64,000 bases of DNA from Acidiferrobacterales bacterium (GTDB taxonomy: Bacteria > Pseudomonadota > Gammaproteobacteria > Acidiferrobacterales > UBA6901), in contig DASWHF010000045.1 of assembly GCA_036393295.1 (NCBI GenBank), forward strand, positions 14,313-78,312, read 5' to 3'. Made by a program: the position numbers and the translations under genes. Position 1 is the first letter of the stretch, and each line of letters begins with the position of its first letter. Of this stretch, positions 7,282 through 18,458 are shown in pieces. The notes beneath the pieces are model-generated. The model was not told the origin of the DNA. It did not search any database and was given only the letters and a program-made list of their open reading frames with translations.

Positions 7282-8394
7282 TCAGTCGTGGGGGCCGCAG
7301 GCCGCAGCCACCATGGCCTTCCACGCCTTGGGCGTGATGCCGAGGTCGACCGGCCGGTAGCCGGATTGATCGGCCAGGCCCTGAAGCCGGGCGATACGGT
7401 CGCGGGTTGCCGGGTGGGTGGAGAGGTAGCCCAGCGGGCCGGGATCCGGCCCGTCGTGTTTCTCCAGGACCCCGAAGAACTCGACCATGCCCCGGGCGTC
7501 CAGCCGCGCCCCCTGCATCATGTGCATGCCGCGCACGTCCGCCTCGGTTTCCGCGGCGCGACTGTAGCTCAAGCCGTGCAGCGACTCGGCGGTTTCCAGC
7601 ACCGTCGCGGTGGCGCCGCCCAGATCGCCGACCAGCAGTGACAGCAACAAACGGTTCGACATGCGGCGGAACAGGGATTTGGTGCCGTGGCGCTGCAGCA
7701 CGTGCTGCATCTCGTGGGCCAGCACGCCGGCGAGCTGTTCGGGGCGCGTGGTGTCCTGGAGGAGCCCGGAAAACACCACGATCCCACCGCCGGGCGCCGC
7801 CAGGGCGTTGACCGTCGGATCATCGACCAGGGTGACCCGGAAGTCGTAGGGATGCGCCGGCGCCGCACGGTCGAGGCGCGCCACCAGATCGTCGATCACC
7901 GGTCGGACCGCCCCACCCTCGCAGACCTTGAGGTCCCCGACCAGGCTCTCGACCACGGTATCGCCGAGCTTCTCCTCCCACTCCACCGGCACCCGTTCGG
8001 CCATCGCCTCGGCGGCCGCCGGAATCCCCCACAGATACAGCGCCGCGCCGGCCAGGATGCCGCCGACCGCCGCCGCCGCGACCCACAGCGGCCGGCCGCG
8101 ACGGCGCGCCGGATTGTGCAGCCGGCGCGCCGCCTGCGGCGCGGTCGCGTGAATGGCCGCGAGAAAGGCGATGTCGTCGACAATGATGGCGTCGACCGGG
8201 ACCTGCGTGCCGCGCTCGAGGCGCACCGGCTCGCCGGCGTAGCGCCCCTGGGTCTGGGTGATGTCGGCGTAGCGCCAGATCATCACCCCCGCGGGCGCGG
8301 CAATGCGCAGCGCCTCGCGGCCGATGCCGATCTCGACGTCCACCGTCCCGGCGCTGACGCCGTCGAGGTAGCGCCCGCTCCAGAGCCGCTGCAT
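7282..8394 (-). CDS. M48-family zinc metallopeptidase with N-terminal domain and TM segment
   Basis: HEMQH (HExxH) motif and a central TM segment WVAAAAVGGILAGAALYLW. It lies immediately downstream of the DUF898 gene. Confidence 0.8.
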   Translation of the reverse strand: MQRLWSGRYLDGVSAGTVDVEIGIGREALRIAAPAGVMIWRYADITQTQGRYAGEPVRLERGTQVPVDAIIVDDIAFLAAIHATAPQAARRLHNPARRRGRPLWVAAAAVGGILAGAALYLWGIPAAAEAMAERVPVEWEEKLGDTVVESLVGDLKVCEGGAVRPVIDDLVARLDRAAPAHPYDFRVTLVDDPTVNALAAPGGGIVVFSGLLQDTTRPEQLAGVLAHEMQHVLQRHGTKSLFRRMSNRLLLSLLVGDLGGATATVLETAESLHGLSYSRAAETEADVRGMHMMQGARLDARGMVEFFGVLEKHDGPDPGPLGYLSTHPATRDRIARLQGLADQSGYRPVDLGITPKAWKAMVAAACGPHD

Positions 8395-8400
8395 GCGCGG

Positions 8401-9357
8401 CTAACCGAGCGCCGAACCGATATCCAGCGCGTCCGCCAGGCCCTCGCCGGTGGCGCCCACGCGCGCCTGGGCGTCCTGCTGCACGCGCGTCCAGTCGACC
8501 TGGCCCTCCATCAGCGTGTTGTCGAACTGGTAGCGCAGCGTGCGGATCAGCACCCAGGGGAAGGCCAGGCCGAGGGTCACGACGACCAGCAGCAGATTGC
8601 TGATCGTCAGCCACAGCAGGCCGCCGCCGGTGTAGGTCGAGCGGAACGGCGCCTCGGCAAATTGGGTATGCGCCCAATCGAAGCGATGCACCTTGGCGGC
8701 GAACCAGAACCAGACGAGATACAGGGTCGGGATCGTCAGCAGGATGGCCAGCAGGTAGCCGCCGATCAGTTCCTTGGCATCGGCCTGAAAGCGGAACGGC
8801 GTGTTGCCGAAATAGGTGTTGTTCACCCAGTAGCTGCGCATGCGGGTGCGGAACCACGGGTAATAGATGCCGAGGGTCAGCAGGGTCAGCAGCATGCCGC
8901 CCAGGTAGGTGCTGATGCACTCCTTGAGGTCGCCGCGAAACGAGAAGCGGATGCCGCGCCAGGAGGTGCGGCTCAGCGCGTAGCGCATGGCGCCGTAGAG
9001 CGCAAACGGGATCGCCACCAGGATGGCGAGATACAGCAGCAGCACGGCGACGTCGCCGATCAGCATCTGCGCGATCACCAGCAGCACATAGAACAGCACG
9101 ATCAGGCCGAAGGCCTTGAGCGCGCCGATGAACAGTTCCTTGCCGCGGCCGTGGTAGGCGAAGCGATCGCCGGTGAACTCGGTCTGGCCATAGAGATAGC
9201 GCCGCACCCGCACCTTGGCCCAGAAACTGTAGATGCCGAGCGTGACGATGGTGAGCAGCAGATTGACGATCTGTATGCCGAACAGGGTCCCGCCCTGGCC
9301 GTGGAAACGCAGGCGCTGCGGGGTGGCCGCGCGGGCGGCCGGTGCCGTACTGGTCAT
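8401..9357 (-). CDS. YjgN/DUF898-family inner-membrane protein
   Basis: Repeated TM hairpins with TLGIYSFW / TLGIYYPW / TLGLAFPW motifs, characteristic of DUF898. Confidence 0.75.
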   Translation of the reverse strand: MTSTAPAARAATPQRLRFHGQGGTLFGIQIVNLLLTIVTLGIYSFWAKVRVRRYLYGQTEFTGDRFAYHGRGKELFIGALKAFGLIVLFYVLLVIAQMLIGDVAVLLLYLAILVAIPFALYGAMRYALSRTSWRGIRFSFRGDLKECISTYLGGMLLTLLTLGIYYPWFRTRMRSYWVNNTYFGNTPFRFQADAKELIGGYLLAILLTIPTLYLVWFWFAAKVHRFDWAHTQFAEAPFRSTYTGGGLLWLTISNLLLVVVTLGLAFPWVLIRTLRYQFDNTLMEGQVDWTRVQQDAQARVGATGEGLADALDIGSALG

Positions 9358-9513
9358 GGTGGTCCTCGCCTTGGTCAGTGAGAATTATTAATTGAACCGG
9401 CCGACGGCCGGCGCTGCTCTTGAGTTTAGCAAAGGATCCGGCCGCCGCCGGGCGCCCTGGACCGTCGGCGGCGCGGCGCGTAGTATCGGCGTTTTTTTTC
9501 GGAGCCCGCCCCC

Positions 9514-10653
9514 ATGTCCGATCTGGACGACCTGCTCGAGCAGGAATTCCCGGTGGAACGGAATTTCCGCTACCTCAACCATGCCGCGGTCGCGCCCTGG
9601 CCGTTGCGCACCGGCAACGCGGTGCGCGCGTTCGCCGCCCAGAACGTCGACATGGGCGCGCGCGACTACAACGACTGGGTCGAGACCGAGCAGGGCCTGC
9701 GCCGCCGGCTCGCCGCGCTGGTCCATGCCCCCTCCCCCGACGACATCGCCCTTACCAAGAACACCTCCGAGGCGCTGTCCATGGTGGCCCACGGCTTTCC
9801 CTGGAACGACGGCGACAACGTGGTGATCGCCGCCGAGGAGTTCCCCTCCAACCGCATCGTCTGGGAATCGCTCGCGGGGCGCGGTGTGACCACGCGCCCG
9901 GTGACGCTGACCGGCGTCGACGATCCCGAGACGGCGCTGCTCGCGGCGATCGACGGGCGCACGCGGATCCTGGCGGTGAGCTCGGTGCAGTATGGCCTCG
10001 GCCTGCGGGTGAAACTCAAGAAGCTCGGCGCCGCCTGCCGCGCGCGCGGCGTGGCCTTCTGCGTCGACGCCATTCAGGGTCTCGGCGTGTTCGACCATAA
10101 TGTGCAGGCGGCGAACATCGATTTCCTCATGGCCGACGCCCACAAGTGGCTGCTCGGTCCGGAGGGCATCGCGGTGTTCTACTGCTCGGCGGCGTGGCGC
10201 GAGAAACTGACTCTGCATGAATACGGCTGGCACATGGTCGAGGACCTCTACGACTTCGAGCGCCGCGCCTGGCGGCCGGCGCGTTCGGCACGACGTTTCG
10301 AATGCGGCAGCCCCAACATGCTCGGCATCCACGCCTTGAGCGCCAGCCTGTCGCTGTTCGAGGAGATCGGGCTTCCGGTGATCGAGAAGCGCGTGCTGGC
10401 GCGCGCCGAATACCTGTTCGAGATCATCAAACAGTATCCCGATCTGGAGCTGTTGAGCGACCCGCGCCCCGGGCGCTATGCCGGCATCGTCACCTTCCGC
10501 CACCGTCGCCATGCCGTCGACAAGCTGTACGACGCGCTGCGCGGCCAGAATGTCGTGTGCGTGCCGCGCGGTGGCGGCATCCGCTTCTCGCCGCACTGCT
10601 ATACGCGCATCGAGACCCTCCAGGAGGCGCTGGAGATCGCAAACTTATCTTAG
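9514..10653 (+). CDS. aminotransferase class V / cysteine-desulfurase-like PLP enzyme
   Basis: Track ORF with class V fold motifs, including the DAHKW PLP-lysine region. Confidence 0.75.
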   Translation: MSDLDDLLEQEFPVERNFRYLNHAAVAPWPLRTGNAVRAFAAQNVDMGARDYNDWVETEQGLRRRLAALVHAPSPDDIALTKNTSEALSMVAHGFPWNDGDNVVIAAEEFPSNRIVWESLAGRGVTTRPVTLTGVDDPETALLAAIDGRTRILAVSSVQYGLGLRVKLKKLGAACRARGVAFCVDAIQGLGVFDHNVQAANIDFLMADAHKWLLGPEGIAVFYCSAAWREKLTLHEYGWHMVEDLYDFERRAWRPARSARRFECGSPNMLGIHALSASLSLFEEIGLPVIEKRVLARAEYLFEIIKQYPDLELLSDPRPGRYAGIVTFRHRRHAVDKLYDALRGQNVVCVPRGGGIRFSPHCYTRIETLQEALEIANLS

Positions 10654-10696
10654 TAATATCAATATATTACAAGTTATTTTTAATGTGACGCCGCGT

Positions 10697-11479
10697 TCAG
10701 GCGGCGCGGCGCGCGGCGCGGAACAGCGTGAAGAAATTATCGGTAGTGACTTCAGCCATCTGTTCCAGGCTCACCCGGCGCAGCTCGGCCAACTGCTCGG
10801 CGACATGGCGCACATAGGCCGGCTCGTTGGTCCGGCCGCGATGCGGGACCGGCGCCAGGTAGGGCGAGTCGGTCTCGATCAGCAGGCGGTCCGCGGGCAC
10901 CCGGCGGGCGACCTCGCGCAGCGCCTCGGCGTTGCGGAAGGTGACGATGCCGGAGAAGGAAATATAGAAATTCATATCGAGCGCCGCGCGCGCCGTCTCC
11001 CAGCTCTCGGTGAAGCAGTGCATCACCCCGCCGATGTCGGCGGCGCCCGCGTCGCGCATGAGGCGCAAGGTGTCGGCGGCGGCCTCGCGCGTATGGATAA
11101 TGAGCGGCTTGCCGCAGGTCTTGGCGGCCGCGATGTGGCGGCGGAAGCGCTGCTGCTGCCAGCCCATGTCGCCCTGCGAGCGGTAGTAATCGAGCCCGGT
11201 CTCGCCGATCGCCACCACGCGTTCGTCGTCGGCCAGCGCGATCAGCTCCTCGGCGCTCGGATCGCGCCCGTCGCGCTCGTTGGGGTGCACGCCGACCGAG
11301 GCATAGATATGGTCGTGCGCATGCGCCAGCGCCCGCACCTGCGGGTAGTCCTCGAGATTCACCGCCACGCACAGCATGTAACCCACGCCCAGGTCCCGGG
11401 CGTTCTGCAGGACTTGCGGGAGTTGCTGGTGGAGGGGCTCGAAGTTGATGTGACAGTGCGAGTCGGTGAGCGGCGCCAT
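10697..11479 (-). CDS. tatD: TatD-family metal-dependent hydrolase
   Basis: DSHCHINF N-terminal motif, and the conserved position after holB-pilZ. Confidence 0.85.
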   Translation of the reverse strand: MAPLTDSHCHINFEPLHQQLPQVLQNARDLGVGYMLCVAVNLEDYPQVRALAHAHDHIYASVGVHPNERDGRDPSAEELIALADDERVVAIGETGLDYYRSQGDMGWQQQRFRRHIAAAKTCGKPLIIHTREAAADTLRLMRDAGAADIGGVMHCFTESWETARAALDMNFYISFSGIVTFRNAEALREVARRVPADRLLIETDSPYLAPVPHRGRTNEPAYVRHVAEQLAELRRVSLEQMAEVTTDNFFTLFRAARRAA

Positions 11480-11480
11480 G

Positions 11481-11837
11481 TCACATCGTGTGGGTCGGTT
11501 TGTCGGAGTGCAGTTGGCCGGCCAGCAGTCCTTCGATCTTGTTGCGCGCCGCGCCCGAGTCCTTCTCGCTGAACTGGATGCCGATGCCGGCGGCGCGGCT
11601 GCCCTGGGCGCCGACCGGCGTCACCCAGACCACGTGCCCGGCGACCGGGATCTTTTCCTTGCTGTCCATGAGCGTCAGCAGCATGAACACCTCGTCGCCG
11701 ATCTTGTAAGGTTTGCTGCTCGGGATGAAGATGCCGCCGCCCTTCACGTACGGCATGTAGGCGGCGTACAGGGCGCTTTTGTCTTTGATCGTCAGGGAGA
11801 GTACTCCCGGACGCGCGATGTTCGGCACGGGCTTCAT
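11481..11837 (-). CDS. pilZ: type IV pilus assembly PilZ-domain protein
   Basis: 118 aa with a PilZ-like sequence (LSLTIKDKSALYAAYMPYVKGGGIFIP). It sits in the holB-pilZ-tatD position known from Pseudomonas and Xanthomonas. Confidence 0.8.
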   Translation of the reverse strand: MKPVPNIARPGVLSLTIKDKSALYAAYMPYVKGGGIFIPSSKPYKIGDEVFMLLTLMDSKEKIPVAGHVVWVTPVGAQGSRAAGIGIQFSEKDSGAARNKIEGLLAGQLHSDKPTHTM

Positions 11838-11841
11838 TCAG

Positions 11842-13463
<1,622 letters not shown>

Positions 13464-14528
13464 CTAACGCGCCGCCCGCGTGGTGCGCGTGCCGGCTGGC
13501 GGCGCGCCCTTCGCGGACCCGGCGTTCGGGCGCTTGCGGCCCTGGAGCTGGTACTTCTCGACGGCGCGGTTGTGCTGCTCCAGGGTCTCGGAGAACTCGT
13601 GGCTGCCGTCGCCCCGCGAGACGAAATACAGGGCGCGCGTGGTCTCGGGATTGACCACCGCCTTGAGTGCCGCGCCGCTCGGCATGGCGATCGGGGTCGG
13701 TGGCAGGCCCTTGATGACATAGGTGTTGTAGGGCGTGGGGCCGCGCAGGTCGCGGGTGCGGATACGGCCGGTATAGGTATCGCCGAGGCCATAAATCACC
13801 GTCGGGTCGGTCTGCAGCCGCATCCCCATGCGCAGGCGGTTGGTGAACACGCCGGCGATCAGGCCACGCTCCCCGGCGAGCCCGGTCTCCTTTTCGACGA
13901 TGGACGCCAGGATCAGCGCCTCGTCCGGAGACTCGAGCGGCAGATCGGCGGCGCGGTTCGCCCAGGCCTCGTGCAGGTGCCGATCCATTTTGTCGAAGGC
14001 ACGCTGCAGGATCAGCAGGTCCGACATGCCGGCCGGATAGTAATAGGTATCCGGATAGAAGCGCCCTTCCGGATGCATGCCCGGGTAACCGAGGCTCGCC
14101 ATGACCTGTTCCGGCTTGAGGTTGTGCAGTGTGCGCGTCACGCGCGGCGCTGCCGCCAGCGCCTGCATCATCTGCTTGAAGTTCCAGCCCTCGATGACGG
14201 TGAACGGGTATTCGACGACGCGCCCGGCGACCACCTGATCGAGCAGCTCCATGGCGGTGATGCCGGTGCGGAACCGGTACTCGCCGGTCTTGAGTTGACG
14301 CTGCTGGCCCTTGAGATAGGCGAGCACCACCAGGGTGTGGGGATCCGGCAGGACGTTCTGCTCATAGAGCTGCCGCGAGAAGGCCTTGAGCGCGGTACCC
14401 GGCTCGACGACGTAGATCCGCGCCTCGGGCGCGAGGTGCGTAACGCTGAACCAGTAGAGATAGCCGCCGGCGATCAGCAGCACGGCGGCGATGCCGGCCG
14501 CAAAGGCCTTCAGGAAGAAATTAATCAT
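13464..14528 (-). CDS. mltG: endolytic murein transglycosylase MltG (YceG family)
   Basis: Start chosen at MINFFLKAFAAGIAAVLLIAGG (N-terminal TM), overlapping the pabC stop by 8 nt. YceG-like body. Confidence 0.85.
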   Translation of the reverse strand: MINFFLKAFAAGIAAVLLIAGGYLYWFSVTHLAPEARIYVVEPGTALKAFSRQLYEQNVLPDPHTLVVLAYLKGQQRQLKTGEYRFRTGITAMELLDQVVAGRVVEYPFTVIEGWNFKQMMQALAAAPRVTRTLHNLKPEQVMASLGYPGMHPEGRFYPDTYYYPAGMSDLLILQRAFDKMDRHLHEAWANRAADLPLESPDEALILASIVEKETGLAGERGLIAGVFTNRLRMGMRLQTDPTVIYGLGDTYTGRIRTRDLRGPTPYNTYVIKGLPPTPIAMPSGAALKAVVNPETTRALYFVSRGDGSHEFSETLEQHNRAVEKYQLQGRKRPNAGSAKGAPPAGTRTTRAAR

Positions 14529-15351
14529 ATTGCCGGAAGCACTGCGCACCAGCAGTCGCCTTCTGTAGCGTTTGCGTAAGCTCGCCAATCGGAAAGTCCC
14601 GGTCGTCCAATCGCCGCACCGGCCACAGGCCGATGAGGCTGTTGGTCAGAAACATCTCGTCCGCCGCCGCGAGTTCCGCGGCCGGCACACCGCGCTCCGC
14701 CACGGCGATGCCCAGGGCGCGCGCCGCCTCCAGCACCTCGGCGCGCATCACGCCGGCGACGCCGGATTGTGACAGGTCCGGCGTGATTAGGGTACCCCTC
14801 GACACCAGGAACAGGTTGCTCATCGTGCCCTCGATGACGCAGCCGTCGGCGTCGCTGAGCAGCCCTTCGGCGAATTCATCGCGCCATTCGCGGCGCGCCA
14901 GCACCTGCTCGAGGCGGTTGAGGTGCTTGATGCCGGCGAGCAGCGGATTGCGGCCGATCGTCGTGCGACAGCGGCGCACCATTACGCCGCGCACGGCGCT
15001 CAAAGGGTCGTGATCCGGCCACGGCAGGCTGAGCAGGATGCGCCGCGTGCGGGCGTCGTCCGGCGGCGCGTAGCCGCGCCCGCCGCCGCCGCGCGTCACG
15101 ATGAGCTTGACGACGGCGCGCGGCCCCGCGTCCCGGCACAGCGCGGCGAGCTCGTCGCTCAAGCCTTGCGCGTCGGGCGCGAGCAGGCCGAGGCGCGCGC
15201 AGCCGCGGCGCAGGCGTTCGAGGTGCCGCTCCCACAACAGCGGCCGCCCGGCGCACACCGCCACGGTCTCGAACACGCCGTCGCCGTAGTGCAGGCCGCG
15301 GTCGTCGAGCGGCAGGCTGTCGGCTGCTCGGCCGTCGACCAGCGCCTTCAT
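14521..15351 (-). CDS. pabC: aminodeoxychorismate lyase
   Basis: Uses the internal ATG (15349-15351), with an ATGA overlap with the pabB stop. MKALVDGRAADSLPLDDRGLHYGDGVFET shows a class IV aminotransferase fold. Confidence 0.85.
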   Translation of the reverse strand: MKALVDGRAADSLPLDDRGLHYGDGVFETVAVCAGRPLLWERHLERLRRGCARLGLLAPDAQGLSDELAALCRDAGPRAVVKLIVTRGGGGRGYAPPDDARTRRILLSLPWPDHDPLSAVRGVMVRRCRTTIGRNPLLAGIKHLNRLEQVLARREWRDEFAEGLLSDADGCVIEGTMSNLFLVSRGTLITPDLSQSGVAGVMRAEVLEAARALGIAVAERGVPAAELAAADEMFLTNSLIGLWPVRRLDDRDFPIGELTQTLQKATAGAQCFRQYD

Positions 15352-16718
15352 GCGGTCGCCTCGGCGGGGCACAAGGCGTTCAACAGCCCGCGCGCCTTCG
15401 CGCGGGTCTCGTCGAGCTCGCGCTCGACCTGCGAGTCGGCGACGATGCCGCCGCCGGCGCGCCAGGCGATCGTGGCGCCGTCCTGCACCAGTGTGCGGAT
15501 GAGGATATTGAGATCCAGGCTGCCGTCGCGGTTGAGATAACCCATCGAGCCGGTGTAGGCGCCGCGCGCACCGTCCTCCAGTTCGGCGATGATCTGCATG
15601 GTGCGCACCTTCGGGCAGCCGGTGATGGTGCCGCCGGGGAACACCGCGCGGATCACCTGCGCCGGGGTCACGCCGGCGCGCAGGCGGCCCTCGACCTGCG
15701 AGACGATATGGTGCACATGCCGGTAGCTCTCGACCACGAGGCGCTCGGCGACCCGCACGCTGCCGGTGGCGCACACCCGGCCGAGGTCGTTGCGCTCCAG
15801 GTCAAGCAGCATGACGTGCTCGGCGCGCTCCTTGGGATTGCGCGGCAGCTCGCGCGTGCGGGCGAGGTCGTCCGCGGCGTCGCGACCGCGCGGATAGGTG
15901 CCGGCGATCGGGCGCGTCACGATGCGGCCGTCGCGCACGCTCACCAGCCGCTCGGGCGAGGAGCTGATCACCGCGCGCTCCGCGTCGAGCCGCATCAGGC
16001 CGGCGAACGGCGCGGGATTGGCGGCCCGCAGTCGCCGGTAGACGTCGACCGGGCGCGGGGCCCGCGCCAGCCGCGCATGCCAGCCGCGCGACAGGTTCAC
16101 CTGGAACACGTCGCCGGCGCGGATGTAATCGAGCACGCGCGCGATGCGCGCCCGGTACCGGTCCGGGTCCTCCTCCTGCCAATCGACCAGCTCGACGTCC
16201 GCCGGCGAGGCGCGTAGCGTCGCGAGGTCGGCACGCATGCGGGCCAGGCGTGCGTCGGCGCGGTCGTCGTCCTCGCTGACCAGCCAGCAGCGGCGCTCGA
16301 CATGATCGCGGACGATCGCCGCCGGAAAACGCGTCGCCAGCGCGACCGGCAGGCGCGCATCGCGCCTGAGCGGCGCCAGACACGGCTCGATCGACTCGGC
16401 CAGCTCGTAGCTCAGGAACAGGAACCAGCCGCCGCTGAACGGCAGTGCCGAGGGCGGCGCCGGTGCGCGCGACTCGGCCCGCCACCAGCCATCGAGGGCG
16501 TCGAGGAAACCCTCGCCGCGCGCAACCCCGTCCAGCGCGACGACCGCGCCGTCCCACCTGAGGTGGGCGCCCGGAAAGGCGAACAGAATGTCATGGCGTG
16601 CCTGCGGCGTACCGCGCGCGACGCTCTCGAGCAGATGCGGGTAGCGTTCGGGAAATCCCGCGTGCAGATCGGCGAGATCGGGAAAACCGTCGAGACTGAC
16701 GCAGCGTGGGTCGGACAT
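15348..16718 (-). CDS. pabB: aminodeoxychorismate synthase component I
   Basis: Start at MSDPRCVSL (16716-16718). Chorismate-binding C-terminus (GTITGCPKVRTMQIIAELE, GAYTGSMGY). Confidence 0.85.
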   Translation of the reverse strand: MSDPRCVSLDGFPDLADLHAGFPERYPHLLESVARGTPQARHDILFAFPGAHLRWDGAVVALDGVARGEGFLDALDGWWRAESRAPAPPSALPFSGGWFLFLSYELAESIEPCLAPLRRDARLPVALATRFPAAIVRDHVERRCWLVSEDDDRADARLARMRADLATLRASPADVELVDWQEEDPDRYRARIARVLDYIRAGDVFQVNLSRGWHARLARAPRPVDVYRRLRAANPAPFAGLMRLDAERAVISSSPERLVSVRDGRIVTRPIAGTYPRGRDAADDLARTRELPRNPKERAEHVMLLDLERNDLGRVCATGSVRVAERLVVESYRHVHHIVSQVEGRLRAGVTPAQVIRAVFPGGTITGCPKVRTMQIIAELEDGARGAYTGSMGYLNRDGSLDLNILIRTLVQDGATIAWRAGGGIVADSQVERELDETRAKARGLLNALCPAEATA

Positions 16719-16738
16719 GGGCCGCGGCGCGGCCGCGC

Positions 16739-17980
16739 TCAGGCGATGCGGCGCATCACCAGCGTGCCGTTGGTGCCGCCGAAGCCGAAGGAGTTGGACA
16801 GCGCCACGTCGATGTCGAGATCGCGCGCGGTGTTCGGCACGTAGTCGAGGTCGCACTCCGGGTCGGGGGTGATGAGATTGATGGTCGGCGGCGCCACGCG
16901 GTGGTGGATGGCGAGCGCGGTGTACACCGCCTCGATGCCGCCGGCGGCGCCCAGCAGGTGGCCGGTCATGGACTTGGTCGAGCTCATCGCGACCCGGCGC
17001 GCGTGATCGCCGAACGCGAGCTTGGCGGCCGCGGTCTCGGCCTTGTCGCCGAGCGGCGTGGACGTGCCGTGGGCGTTGACGTACTGCACCTGGTCGGGAT
17101 TGACGCCGGCGTTGCGCAGCGCGTTGCGCATGCAGCGCGCTGCGCCCTCGCCGCCCGGCGCCGGGCTGGTCATGTGATAGGCGTCGCCGCTCATGCCGAA
17201 ACCGGCGAGCTCGGCATAGATGCGCGCGCCGCGCCGGCGGGCATGCTCGTACTCCTCCAGCACCACGATGCCGGCGCCCTCACCCAGCACGAAACCGTCG
17301 CGGTCCTTGTCCCAGGGGCGACTGGCGGTGGCCGGGTCGTCGTTGCGCGTGCTGAGCGCCCGCGCGTTGCCGAAGCCGGCCATGCCGGTCGGCGTGACCG
17401 AGGACTCGGCGCCGCCGGCGACCATCACATCGGCGTCGCCGTACTCGATGAGCCGTCCGGCGTCGCCGATGGCATGGGTGGCGGTGGTGCAGGCCGTCAC
17501 CATCGCCAGGTTCGGGCCCTGCATGCCGTACAGGATCGACAGATTGCCGGAGATCATATTGATGATGCTCATCGGGATGTAGAACGGCGAGATGCGGCGC
17601 GGACCCTTCTCGATCAGGGTGCGCGTGCCGGCCTCGATGGTGTGCAGGCCGCCGATGCCGGAGCCGATGTGTACGCCGATGCGCTCGGCGTTCGCCTCGG
17701 TGACGGTAATTCCCGAATCCTTGATCGCTTCGATACCGGCGGCCATGCCGAGCTGCATGAAGCGGTCCATCTTGCGCGCTTCCTTCTCCGACAGGAATAC
17801 CGTCGGATCGAAGCCCTTGACCTCGCCGGCGATCATCGACGGGAAGCCGGTGGCGTCGAACTGCGTGATCAGCCCGATGCCGTTGCGGCCCTCGACGATG
17901 CCCTGCCAGTTGTCACGGAGACCGATCCCGAGCGGGGAGACGATGCCCATGCCGGTGATCACGACGCGCCGCTTGCTCAA
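16739..17980 (-). CDS. fabF: 3-oxoacyl-ACP synthase II
   Basis: MSKRRVVITGMGIVSPLG, the active-site ACTT region and HGTSTPLGD. Confidence 0.95.
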   Translation of the reverse strand: MSKRRVVITGMGIVSPLGIGLRDNWQGIVEGRNGIGLITQFDATGFPSMIAGEVKGFDPTVFLSEKEARKMDRFMQLGMAAGIEAIKDSGITVTEANAERIGVHIGSGIGGLHTIEAGTRTLIEKGPRRISPFYIPMSIINMISGNLSILYGMQGPNLAMVTACTTATHAIGDAGRLIEYGDADVMVAGGAESSVTPTGMAGFGNARALSTRNDDPATASRPWDKDRDGFVLGEGAGIVVLEEYEHARRRGARIYAELAGFGMSGDAYHMTSPAPGGEGAARCMRNALRNAGVNPDQVQYVNAHGTSTPLGDKAETAAAKLAFGDHARRVAMSSTKSMTGHLLGAAGGIEAVYTALAIHHRVAPPTINLITPDPECDLDYVPNTARDLDIDVALSNSFGFGGTNGTLVMRRIA

Positions 17981-18047
17981 TGCTGGTGCCTCTTAACCGC
18001 TATGGAAGAGAAGGATGCGTCCGGCCCCTGACCGGGCGCCGGAAACC

Positions 18048-18082
18048 AAAAAGGCCGCCGCCACGCGCTGTGGTCGGCGGCC
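18048..18082 (-). terminator. intrinsic terminator/attenuator after acpP
   Basis: On the minus strand: ggccgccg(a)ccac-agcgc-gtggcggcggcc followed by TTTTT. Confidence 0.6.
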
Positions 18083-18108
18083 CGATCAGACACGACAATC
18101 CCGACGAC

Positions 18109-18345
18109 TTATTTGAGATGCGCGTTGATGTAATCGATCGCCTGCTTGACGGTGGTGATCTTCTCGGCTTCCTCGTCGGGGATTTCGCAATCGAACTCCT
18201 CCTCCAGGGCCATGACCAGCTCCACCGTATCGAGCGAGTCCGCGCCGAGGTCGTCGACGAAAGACGATTCCTTGGTGACTTCGCTCTCGTTCACGCCGAG
18301 CTGCTCCACGACGATCTTCATGACGCGCTCATCTACACTGCTCAT
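18109..18345 (-). CDS. acpP: acyl carrier protein
   Basis: [18 protein letters not shown]...[20 protein letters not shown] (DSLD phosphopantetheine site), 78 aa. Confidence 0.95.
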   Translation of the reverse strand: MSSVDERVMKIVVEQLGVNESEVTKESSFVDDLGADSLDTVELVMALEEEFDCEIPDEEAEKITTVKQAIDYINAHLK

Positions 18346-18458
18346 AGTTGCTTTGTCCTCCAACAGATTGCCGAAAATGGGCTGACCGGCCTCGGAAGGC
18401 CGCATAGTAAACACGAATCACCCGGTTTAGTCCACCCGCACGCCGCGCGCGGGGAAAA

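Noticed and set aside
5630-7324. The 564-aa minus-strand ORF spanning usp, the hypothetical gene and cobB
   Set aside because: It has shadow-ORF composition (Arg/Ala/Pro/Ser-rich) and crosses three better-supported genes on both strands. The same reasoning applies to 7687..9381(+), 24441..26483(-), 50521..52215(-), 61274..63481(+), 35696..37567(+), 3852..5054(-) and similar long antisense ORFs in the track.
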